Positions 18,496-26,443 of a stretch of DNA of 33,027 bases are shown here, piece after piece (within the stretch, counting starts at the first letter, position 1; each line of letters opens with the position of its first letter). The notes under the pieces were generated by a model. The model ran no database searches, was not told the DNA's origin, and saw nothing but the letters and a program-made list of their open reading frames with translations. The stretch covers positions 1 to 33,027 of the forward strand of contig JAZUBG010000036.1 in the NCBI GenBank assembly GCA_045638405.1. The letters run 5' to 3'. The translations under genes and the position numbers were made by a program. Source of the stretch: Eubacteriales bacterium. GTDB lineage: Bacteria; Bacillota; Clostridia; Oscillospirales; CAG-272.

Positions 18496-19458
18496 TTACT
18501 CTTCGTAAATCTTCGTAATTCCGGAGCGATGATGACCGAGTCGCTCTGAGACCTCTCGTCTTGCTTGTTCCGCATTCATTCCACGGGTAATAAGTCTTTC
18601 TTCGGCTTTTTGCGCGTAGGTGTGCCGTATTGAATGCCAACCGTATCCACTATCTGCTCTCTCTTTCTTGCCTTCTTTGATTTGACTCTTCCGATCGGGA
18701 TCCAAAATTTCGTCAATATGATTGCTCATCCAATTGGTCAAAGCGGTTTTCACCCTCTTTACGCTGTTCTTGTGATTATCGCAGAACAAATAATTGCTTG
18801 ACTTTTTCCCGTCCGCCTTGGCAATATTTAAAATCTTTTGCAGCACTATGACTTGCTCTTCCGTATCAAGCGGAATATCTCTTGCCTGACCGCCTTTTCC
18901 GTTGGGAATGTGTAACTGTTTTGATTCAAGAGCTTCTTCCAATTGATAGATTCTTAATGTGACAAGCTCATTTTTTCGCAGACCAAAATGGTAAACGATA
19001 TATGCACCAAACACTACGCCACGTCTGTCTCCGCTATTTGCGATATCTACCATTTTCGTCATTTCACTGTCAAGGAAGCCCTTGTTGTACTTGCCGACCT
19101 CTCTCTTCTCCAAATCCAGCTTCTTGTTCTCCGGCAGCTTGTTCTTACACTTTGAATGTTTGTGCCAAAATCGAATGGCGGACAGCTCGGTCATAATATA
19201 CGATGCACTTTTCCCATTTGCCTTAAGAAAATCAACGTAGGCAAAAATATGCTTGGCAGAAACATTGTTAACATTCTCAAGACGAAAATCTCTTGCGAGG
19301 AATTTTGCAAAGCGGTCTTCAAGCGCAGGGTGATAACGCCTTCTTGTTTCAATTGATCCATTGTTGCAGTTATCAATATCACGCTTGAACTGAACGGCAA
19401 GGTTGTTCGCCATATTCACCTGGGTCTCGGTCAATTCATACTTAATCTGAACGCCCAT
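18496..19458 (-). CDS. Tyrosine recombinase-superfamily protein (SAM-like core-binding + catalytic domain)
   Basis: Intact R (FGLR), K (GKGG), HSIRH, LGH and C-terminal Y (TKIY). RBS AAGGAGG before ATG 19458. Confidence 0.9.
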   Translation of the reverse strand: MGVQIKYELTETQVNMANNLAVQFKRDIDNCNNGSIETRRRYHPALEDRFAKFLARDFRLENVNNVSAKHIFAYVDFLKANGKSASYIMTELSAIRFWHKHSKCKNKLPENKKLDLEKREVGKYNKGFLDSEMTKMVDIANSGDRRGVVFGAYIVYHFGLRKNELVTLRIYQLEEALESKQLHIPNGKGGQARDIPLDTEEQVIVLQKILNIAKADGKKSSNYLFCDNHKNSVKRVKTALTNWMSNHIDEILDPDRKSQIKEGKKERADSGYGWHSIRHTYAQKAEERLITRGMNAEQARREVSERLGHHRSGITKIYEE

Positions 19459-19488
19459 AGGCCTTTCACCTCCTTTCTGTAAATCTTT

Positions 19489-19516
19489 CAAACGAAAATT
19501 CCAATATTTTCGTTTG
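19489..19516. promoter_or_regulatory. Inverted-repeat operator candidate upstream of the tyrosine recombinase
   Basis: CAAACGAAAAT-6 bp-ATTTTCGTTTG. Confidence 0.55.
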
Positions 19517-19749
19517 TACTGTAGTAATGCATTACAAAAAGGGGGGCTTTCAAGAAAAATAGAAAATAATTTTGAGTAAAAAACGCAGGGACGAAAGATT
19601 TATCTTCTATCTCTGCATTTTGCTGACCAAAATCTATTTTAGTTGTTTTGATGACGAAAATTTTTGCGCCGTCATATCGATACGACAATCATATATCATT
19701 TCAATAGGACAGCATACTTTCGAACTTTACGTGACTCATTTTCAGCCGA

Positions 19750-19809
19750 CTGTTTTGTGTGTGATACGGCTTGTACCTATCCCGCTTATCCGTATTACAC
19801 ATAAAACAG
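19750..19809 (+). other. 20-bp hairpin with an oriT/nic-like motif in the loop
   Basis: CTGTTTTGTGTGTGATACGG / CCGTATTACACATAAAACAG (two G-T pairs); loop contains ACCTATCCCGC. Confidence 0.5.
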
Positions 19810-20046
19810 CCGGAACGCCGCAGGCGAAAAAACGCTTCTCTATAATAAATCTACGGGCATCATTTCGAAGGGACAGTCATTCTTTATCATTTCAAAATTA
19901 TAGGTTATCATTTTTCATTTCAAAAAGACAGCGGCAAGGCATAGCTATCCCATTGGCACGGAGATGAATTTTTCGTGTCATTTCTTCTGTTTTCTTTTTC
20001 TATGCTCCGAAAATGCCTTGCCGTTCGGCGACTTCAACGGAGTTTT

Positions 20047-20087
20047 CGTCGCCGTTTCTATTTTCTTCGCTAATAGAAACGGCGACG
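20047..20087. repeat. Perfect 16-bp inverted repeat
   Basis: CGTCGCCGTTTCTATT-9 bp-AATAGAAACGGCGACG. Confidence 0.85.
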
Positions 20088-20247
20088 CTTTCGAAAAGAC
20101 AATCATAAATCATTTCAAATTGAGTCGTCCCGCTTATCACAAAACAGTTATTGGGGAAGTTAACTGCTACGCGAGACTTTTCATATATCATCTCGAAGCG
20201 ATAATCATAGAGCATGTCGAAAAGTGTATCATATTTGATTGTGTAAC

Positions 20248-20602
20248 AATGAAGGTGAGTACAGCGGATATAATCCGGCGCATACCTGCCACGTGACAGG
20301 CGTCAGATACTCGCGTACTGACAGCGCAGTGCCGTATACTGTAACTGTTTACAGCGCCTCCTTAATTCGGTCGACGGCAAGGATTTCATTTACCGTTGGA
20401 AATCCGGGAAACCTCGGCTGTGCCCTTTGTCGCACAGAGACAGCGGTTAAATTGACCGTGCCGCACACGGTTGACTGCTTGGCAGATCTTTTGCTTTGGA
20501 TGTGGGAGTACCTCTGTAATCCACCTTTTCATTCACAAGCCGCAGTCTGCTGTGAACCGTCATGTTGCCGTGTTACTTGGATTTGAACATTGCAGGCAAC
20601 AT
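20248..20602 (+). other. Multi-hairpin structured non-coding element (ncRNA or ssDNA origin candidate)
   Basis: A run of short stems; possible closing helix AATGAAGGTG / CACCTTTTCATT. Read by eye, not folded computationally. Confidence 0.4.
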
Positions 20603-20625
20603 TTTCTTGGGATTTGTCCTTTCAT
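20560..20625 (-). CDS. Possible 21-aa Cys-rich small ORF
   Basis: GAAGGAGG RBS then MKGQIPRKCCLQCSNPSNTAT*. Confidence 0.3.
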   Translation of the reverse strand: MKGQIPRKCCLQCSNPSNTAT

Positions 20626-21020
20626 TTGAATTCCTCCTTCATTGTCATAAATATATTTTGACCCCGTAACAAGCTCCTTGCTTGTCGGAGAACAAAAACA
20701 AGGTACAAAAAAGCACTTACCCGAAGATAAGTGCTGCTGTTGCTGTATGCGGAAGGAAACACATAACTTCGAAAGTTCTACTAAGTTTTGTTTTTGAATG
20801 CTTCCTTCATATTTTTAAGCTCATATATAATATGATCGATTTTGAGGCAATCGTCAAGGGTGGATACAAATTTTTCTAAGAAATTTTAAAACGTGGCTTG
20901 TTCAATAATTGATTGCTTTTTTAGCTAGTAGAAAATATCGCTAACTAAATTTGATAGCACCCGTCAATGAGAAGATGATACAATACTCGCCACTTTTCAA
21001 TATCTTTTTACAATTTACTA

Positions 21021-21059
21021 TTGAAATATTGTTATAAATATGTTATAATGATGTTATAA
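21021..21059 (+). promoter_or_regulatory. Promoter of the R-M operon overlapped by three phased TGTTATAA repeats
   Basis: TTGAAA-17 bp-TATAAT; TGTTATAA at 21030, 21041 and 21052 (11-bp period). Confidence 0.7.
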
Positions 21060-21083
21060 TCAATCGCGCTGAGAGGTGTAACA

Positions 21084-21287
21084 ATGACATTTGCCGAAAA
21101 GATGCAGGCTGTTAGAAAACAGTTGTTCTTAAGCCAAGAAGCTATAGCAAAAGAACTTGGTGTTTCTTTTGCAACGGTGAACCGTTGGGAAAAAGGAAAA
21201 TGTGAGCCGAGTTATAAGGCACAAAAAGCCTTTAACGACTTATGTGAGAAACATAATATAGACGTTACTTCACTTGTCGATAACTAA
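21084..21287 (+). CDS. Xre-family HTH regulator (controller-like)
   Basis: LSQEAIAKELGVSFATVNRWEKGK..P; first gene of the R-M operon. Confidence 0.9.
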   Translation: MTFAEKMQAVRKQLFLSQEAIAKELGVSFATVNRWEKGKCEPSYKAQKAFNDLCEKHNIDVTSLVDN

Positions 21288-21288
21288 T

Positions 21289-21699
21289 ATGGAAAAGACA
21301 AAAGAACAAATCAGCTACAATATGCAACAAGTTAAAAATAAAGATTCAAAGATCGAAGTCTTGTTGCGTAAAGAATTATGGTCACGCGGTATTCGTTACA
21401 GAAAGAACGTAAACCACATATACGGTAAGCCTGATATTGTATTCATAGGCAAAAAGGTTGCCGTCTTTTGTGACAGCGAATTTTGGCACGGATACAATTG
21501 GGAACAACGAAAGAACGATTTCAAATCGCACCAAGAATTTTGGATACCGAAGATCGAACGTAACATAAAGCGAGACGCCGAAGTAACGGCAAAACTCGAA
21601 TCCGAAGGATGGACGGTACTCCGTTTTTGGGGCAATGATATCAAAAAGAACACGGCGCAATGCGCAGATATAATTGAAAAGGCGGTATATTCAAAATGA
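21289..21699 (+). CDS. vsr: Very short patch repair endonuclease
   Basis: SYNMQQVK.KDSKIE, GKPDIVF, FCDSEFWHG, FWIPKIERN..RD, GWTVLRFW. Confidence 0.93.
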   Translation: MEKTKEQISYNMQQVKNKDSKIEVLLRKELWSRGIRYRKNVNHIYGKPDIVFIGKKVAVFCDSEFWHGYNWEQRKNDFKSHQEFWIPKIERNIKRDAEVTAKLESEGWTVLRFWGNDIKKNTAQCADIIEKAVYSK

Positions 21700-23408
21700 A
21701 TCAGTTGAAATCTGTAGATTTATTCGCCGGTATTGGTGGGATCCGGCTCGGCTTTGACAGAGCCTTCGGTGACAGTATTGACACTGTGTTTGTATGCGAA
21801 TGGGATGAAAACGCACAGAAAACCTACAAAGCAAACTTTAACGATAATTTTGCAATCGCAGGTGATATAACCAAAATTGACGAGAAGGATGTCCCCGAGT
21901 TTGACATCTGTCTCGCAGGATTCCCTTGTCAGGCGTTCAGCCTTGCAGGACAGCGTATGGGCTTCGAAGACAACTATAAAGGTATGTGCCGCGGTACGCT
22001 ATTTATGGACGTGGCTCGTATCTGTGAGTACCACAAACCAAAAGTAATCTTCTGCGAAAATGTAAAGGGGCTCGTTATCCACGATAGAGGAAGAACCTTC
22101 AATATTATTTGCAAAACCTTTGAAGATCTTGGATACAGGGTGTTCCATAAAGTTTTAAACAGCAAGAATTTCGGAGTTCCACAGAACAGGGAAAGAATTT
22201 ATATCGTGGCTTTCAGAAATGATATTGCTCCCGAAAACTTTGTATTTCCCGAAATTACCGATGACACCAAGCGATTGCGTGATATTCGCGAAGAAAATTC
22301 TGTCCCCGCAAAATATTATTTGAGTGATGTGTACGTAGAAACGCTGCGTAAGCACAAAGCACGTCACGAATCTAAGGGCAATGGTTTCGGTTACGAAATC
22401 CGTGATTGGAGTGATATAGCAGGTGCTATAGTGTGCGGAGGCATGGGGAGAGAGAGAAACCTTGTGATTGATAAGCGCCAACAGGATCTTACACCTACCA
22501 CCCACATTAAAGGAAATATCAACAAGGAAGGCATCCGAAAAATGACTCCCCGTGAATGGGCACGTTTGCAGGGGTTCCCGGATAGTTTTGACTTACCTCT
22601 TGCCGATACACATCTATATAAACAATTTGGCAATAGTGTAACTGTAAATGTAATAGAAGCTATCGCCAAAGAGATAAAAAAAGTGCTTGATGCACATTCG
22701 AAAAATGGTACTCCCCCAGCTACCAAAAAACGAACTTCGGGGACGAGCATTTTGAAGAAGTATCTTGAAGAACATGTTGGTGAAGAGATACCGTTGGATA
22801 CTTTAAATACCATTTGCGGTGATGCCGGATTGCACCATTGGGACAGAGTTATTCGAAATCTTATACAGCAAGAAGGCTACGATATTGAGAACAAAAAAGG
22901 TGAATGGTATAAATTGCGCTCTTTAACCAAAAATCCCGTCAAAAGCAAACGTTCGTATATAAGCAAAAAGCTGAAATATATGGTGTTTGAAAGAGATAAC
23001 TTTACTTGTCAAGCCTGCGGTAAAAATATACGAGACGACAAGATTAAACTAAGCCCTGACCATATCATTCCTGTTGATTGGGGCGGAGACACAACCCTTG
23101 ACAATCTTCAGGCACTATGTACCGAATGTAATGAAGGTAAACAAGCTTGGGTCGACGGCGAAGATAACGCTATTATGAAAAAAGTAAGTTTGCAAACAAG
23201 TGCAAAAATGAGGTTGAAGGTGTATTTTGAATCACACCCCAATGAAGAAATTCCCGTGGATCGGTTATCGGTTGTTGCCAAAACGCGGGAATGGACACGT
23301 TCTATCAGGTATTTACGCTCTGAATATGGACTAAATATCGAATACAGACCTGCAAATAAAAATTCAAACAGATTGACAGATACTTACATCTTTTTGAAGG
23401 AGGAATAG
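21696..23408 (+). CDS. C5 cytosine methyltransferase (M.HpaII-like) fused to a wHTH-HNH-wHTH endonuclease module
   Basis: FAGIGG, FPCQ, ENV, QNRER, YKQFGNSV. TRD (LRKHKARHESKGNGFGY..GGMGRERNLVID) closely matches M.HpaII as recalled. After a short linker: CQACG..PDHIIP..GG..DNLQALCTECN. Confidence 0.88.
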   Translation: MNQLKSVDLFAGIGGIRLGFDRAFGDSIDTVFVCEWDENAQKTYKANFNDNFAIAGDITKIDEKDVPEFDICLAGFPCQAFSLAGQRMGFEDNYKGMCRGTLFMDVARICEYHKPKVIFCENVKGLVIHDRGRTFNIICKTFEDLGYRVFHKVLNSKNFGVPQNRERIYIVAFRNDIAPENFVFPEITDDTKRLRDIREENSVPAKYYLSDVYVETLRKHKARHESKGNGFGYEIRDWSDIAGAIVCGGMGRERNLVIDKRQQDLTPTTHIKGNINKEGIRKMTPREWARLQGFPDSFDLPLADTHLYKQFGNSVTVNVIEAIAKEIKKVLDAHSKNGTPPATKKRTSGTSILKKYLEEHVGEEIPLDTLNTICGDAGLHHWDRVIRNLIQQEGYDIENKKGEWYKLRSLTKNPVKSKRSYISKKLKYMVFERDNFTCQACGKNIRDDKIKLSPDHIIPVDWGGDTTLDNLQALCTECNEGKQAWVDGEDNAIMKKVSLQTSAKMRLKVYFESHPNEEIPVDRLSVVAKTREWTRSIRYLRSEYGLNIEYRPANKNSNRLTDTYIFLKEE

Positions 23409-23410
23409 TT

Positions 23411-24070
23411 ATGGCCAGTGCAAAAGAAAAAATGAAGATATATTTACTTAATCATGTTGGAGAGGATGTTTCAAGAGAAACTCTTCGTGAAGTAGCAGGA
23501 AATATCCAAGATTGGCAACGTTCGTTAAGACAGTTGCGTCAGGAAACGGGACTTGACATCGTTCCAACACGAACAGGATATATTTTGACGTCAGATGTTC
23601 CCGTTAATGAACCGCAAATTCGCAGACCGATAGATGCAAGATTAAAATATGCCGTACTGCAAAAAGATAACAGTACTTGTCAAAGATGCGGTGCCAATAT
23701 TCAAAACACCCCTAACGTGAAGTTGGTAATTGACCACAAAGTGCCGGTTGATCTCGGTGGAGCAACAACGATAGATAACTTGTGGACTCTGTGCGAAGAC
23801 TGCAACGGCGGCAAGAAGGCTTTCTTTACCGATGAAAACGCTGATGCGGTTAAAGAGATTATGCGAATGGACAGTGCTGCCAAACGTCTTAAAGCATATT
23901 TCGAATTGTATCCAAATGTCGTCATTGAACCGATAAAACTTTCCACAATAGCTAATGTTCGAGATTGGGAAAGAACTTTGAGATTGGTTCGTGCTAAATA
24001 CAACATGCAAATTGATTGGATCAGACCTAACGAGGAATATCGTATGGGCGGATATATTTACAGAGAATGA
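23411..24070 (+). CDS. HNH endonuclease, wHTH-HNH-wHTH, paralog of the fused module
   Basis: CQRCG..IDHKVP..GG..DNLWTLCEDCN flanked by two SA..L..Y......W.R.LR repeats resembling the R.KpnI N-terminal domain. Confidence 0.88.
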   Translation: MASAKEKMKIYLLNHVGEDVSRETLREVAGNIQDWQRSLRQLRQETGLDIVPTRTGYILTSDVPVNEPQIRRPIDARLKYAVLQKDNSTCQRCGANIQNTPNVKLVIDHKVPVDLGGATTIDNLWTLCEDCNGGKKAFFTDENADAVKEIMRMDSAAKRLKAYFELYPNVVIEPIKLSTIANVRDWERTLRLVRAKYNMQIDWIRPNEEYRMGGYIYRE

Positions 24071-25002
24071 TTGTGGGCAGTCTTTTTTCGGGTATTGGTG
24101 GCATTGAACTTGGATTTGAACAGGCTGGATTCGAAATTGCTTGGGCTAACGATATTGATTCGGAGGCATGCAAAACTTACCGCCATAACTTTCCGAAAAC
24201 ACATCTCATAGAGGGGGATGTGCTTGACGTCAATCCTCATACACTCCCTGATATAGATGTACTTGTTGCGGGATTTCCGTGTCAGCCGTTCTCAATTATG
24301 GGATATCGGCGCGGATTCAAAGATCCTCGCGGAAATTTGTTTTTTGAGATTTCTCGTTTCATTGACATTAAGCGTCCGCGAGTAGTATTCCTCGAAAACG
24401 TGCAAAACCTTATGGAACACGATAACGGCAAGACGTTCCTTGTTATTTACAATACTTTGGCACAGTTCGGTTACTCCGTCAAGTACAAGGTTATAAATGC
24501 TACCGACATTAATATTCCTCAAAATCGTGCGCGTATTTTCATCGTTGCGTTTCTTAATATAGAGGATTGTGACCACTTTTCCTTCCCCGAAACAATACCG
24601 CTTGAAGCGACAATTGAGGATATTATTGACCGCAGCATAAAGCACGACGATATTTATTATTACGACTATAGTAGCCGATATTTTAAGGAGCTTGATTCGA
24701 AAATTGTCGATAAGACGGGTATTTACAGAATTGACGATAGCGGTGTCGCAATGCGCAAATGGGAAATCTGCCCCACGTTGAAAGCCAATATGGGAACTTA
24801 CCCTGACCGTATTCCAATCATCCGTGACGATTTCGGTATCCGCAAGCTTACACCTATGGAATGCCTTGCATTCCAAGGCTATCCAAAGACCTATTCTTTC
24901 AAGGGGATTTCTCTTGAAAGTGCATACAAACAATGCGGAAATACGGTGTGTGTTCCTGTTATAAAAGGAATTGCAAAAGCAATATATCTAAGCATTAAGT
25001 AG
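24067..25002 (+). CDS. Second C5 cytosine methyltransferase
   Basis: FSGIGG, FPCQ, ENV, QNRAR, RKLTP.EC..FQG, YKQCGN; ATGA overlap with the HNH gene. Confidence 0.92.
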   Translation: MIVGSLFSGIGGIELGFEQAGFEIAWANDIDSEACKTYRHNFPKTHLIEGDVLDVNPHTLPDIDVLVAGFPCQPFSIMGYRRGFKDPRGNLFFEISRFIDIKRPRVVFLENVQNLMEHDNGKTFLVIYNTLAQFGYSVKYKVINATDINIPQNRARIFIVAFLNIEDCDHFSFPETIPLEATIEDIIDRSIKHDDIYYYDYSSRYFKELDSKIVDKTGIYRIDDSGVAMRKWEICPTLKANMGTYPDRIPIIRDDFGIRKLTPMECLAFQGYPKTYSFKGISLESAYKQCGNTVCVPVIKGIAKAIYLSIK

Positions 25003-25033
25003 GACTATTAGTTTAATTTAGGAGGCATTGAAA

Positions 25034-26428
25034 ATGGAGCGACGTACAATTCCAATTGATACGCTATTACTATCTGATGGTAACCCAAGGTTGGATCCTT
25101 CGTTGGGAGAAGATGAAGCGATCCGTAATATGGTATTAGACCAAAATGATAAATTGTTTGAACTCGCTTCAGATATCGTAGAGCACGGATTAAATCCATT
25201 GGATACGATAGGTGTATTTCCTTCGGAAACATACGACGGATTTTATGAGGTTGGCGAAGGCAACCGTCGTATGTGTGCTCTGAAACTCCTTATTACTCCG
25301 GAACGTATTCGTGAAATCAATCCCAATTTGCACTCTAAATTTTCCACATTATCGCAATCCTTTAAAGCTCCCGATTCTATTGAGGTCGGAGTTTTTAACG
25401 ATGAAAAGTCTATGCGCCATTGGATGGAAATACGCCATATGGGTGAGCAAGGAGGAAAGGGATTATCCAAGTGGAATTCTGTTCAAAAAGCTCGGTTCAA
25501 CAGAATGCAAACAGGATCAGATGCTCTATTGGATTTTTGGGATTGGATGATTGCAAACAATATACTTTCTAACGAAAAAATATTCCGTGTGACCAAAACA
25601 AATTGGCAGCGTATTCTTCGTGAAAAATATTTTCCTTTTTTGAAAATTCAGTATAATGGGGTGTATTCTGTTTTACCAACCGATATTGACATTTTTAAAG
25701 AACGAATACAAGCAGTTCAGCAAGCGTTAGATGGGCAAACTGTAGCTATCGTTTATGATCAAGAAAGAATAGAAAACTTTTTTAATTTGATTTCCAATAC
25801 GCTATATGGAAAGCCATATCAAGATGTAGTAAAGGATGAATCCGAACAAATATCCATTTCCCCGGCTGTAACGCCAATTGAAGACGGTAGAAAAGAAACC
25901 GGATCAAACTTAATCAATCATAGTTTTGAAGGTGTTTCTGATCAGATGGAGGTTTATCCTTCAACTGATAACACAACAAGTACGATTCCTACACAAACAA
26001 TGGGTCGAGATGTTTTTAATGGTTGTTCTACAATAATTCCTTACCAATATTCAATTCGCACGAGTAATATGCGATTAAATAAGATTATCAACGAACTCAA
26101 ACGTCTTGATGCCAGTGTTTATCCCAATGCTTGCGGTACTCTTTTGAGAACTTTATTCGAATTGTCAGCCAAAGTTTATTTGGAAAAGCAGGATGGCAGA
26201 GATCACACCAGTGATGAATTCCAACAGGTGATTAGGCAAGCGGCAAATGAGCTGCGAAACAAAGGATGTATTGATAACAGCCAACATTCAGCTATATTTA
26301 GTGATATTGATAATTTAAGAAAGATATTTAATGGATATATGCATAATACGGAATCGTATCCGAGTAGCGAAGCACTCAAAAACTTCTTTAAGTGTCATCG
26401 CCATTTTATTCAAGAGTGTTTAAAGTAA
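25034..26428 (+). CDS. ParB/sulfiredoxin-like N-terminal domain + C-terminal HEPN-like domain protein
   Basis: L...NPR and EGNRR..ALKLL; low-complexity linker; NACGTLLRTLFE ... RKIFNGYMHN. AGGAGG RBS favours ATG 25034. Confidence 0.7.
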   Translation: MERRTIPIDTLLLSDGNPRLDPSLGEDEAIRNMVLDQNDKLFELASDIVEHGLNPLDTIGVFPSETYDGFYEVGEGNRRMCALKLLITPERIREINPNLHSKFSTLSQSFKAPDSIEVGVFNDEKSMRHWMEIRHMGEQGGKGLSKWNSVQKARFNRMQTGSDALLDFWDWMIANNILSNEKIFRVTKTNWQRILREKYFPFLKIQYNGVYSVLPTDIDIFKERIQAVQQALDGQTVAIVYDQERIENFFNLISNTLYGKPYQDVVKDESEQISISPAVTPIEDGRKETGSNLINHSFEGVSDQMEVYPSTDNTTSTIPTQTMGRDVFNGCSTIIPYQYSIRTSNMRLNKIINELKRLDASVYPNACGTLLRTLFELSAKVYLEKQDGRDHTSDEFQQVIRQAANELRNKGCIDNSQHSAIFSDIDNLRKIFNGYMHNTESYPSSEALKNFFKCHRHFIQECLK

Positions 26429-26443
26429 AAGGAAGGACATATC

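Larger units (their letters stand above)
19672..20235 (+). repeat. Clustered degenerate ~24-bp direct repeats (iteron-like)
   Basis: Approximate consensus TCATTTCGAAnnGACAATCATATA; clusters near 19672-19734, 19860-19931, 20088-20120 and 20181-20235. Confidence 0.6.

Noticed and set aside
18464-18640. Longer 132-aa version of the small ORF
   Set aside because: Overlaps the tyrosine recombinase 3' end; the RBS supports ATG 18463.
18496-19458. Tyrosine recombinase as the tRNA-targeting integrase
   Set aside because: No long direct repeat of the tRNA 3' end at the far boundary. The 3-bp core, attP geometry and ORF continuity fit the serine integrase.
19672-20235. CRISPR array
   Set aside because: Repeats are degenerate and abutting, lack regular unique spacers, and no cas genes are present.
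19488-20879. ORFs 19488-19688, 19572-19967, 19964-20296, 20000-20215, 20239-20586, 20682-20879
   Set aside because: No RBS or recognisable motifs, and mutually overlapping; better explained as repeat- and hairpin-rich non-coding DNA.
22700-22760. Separate start or frameshift for the fused HNH module
   Set aside because: The ATG at 22705 is out of frame and stops quickly. No in-frame start with an RBS was seen, so the ORF reads as a true fusion.
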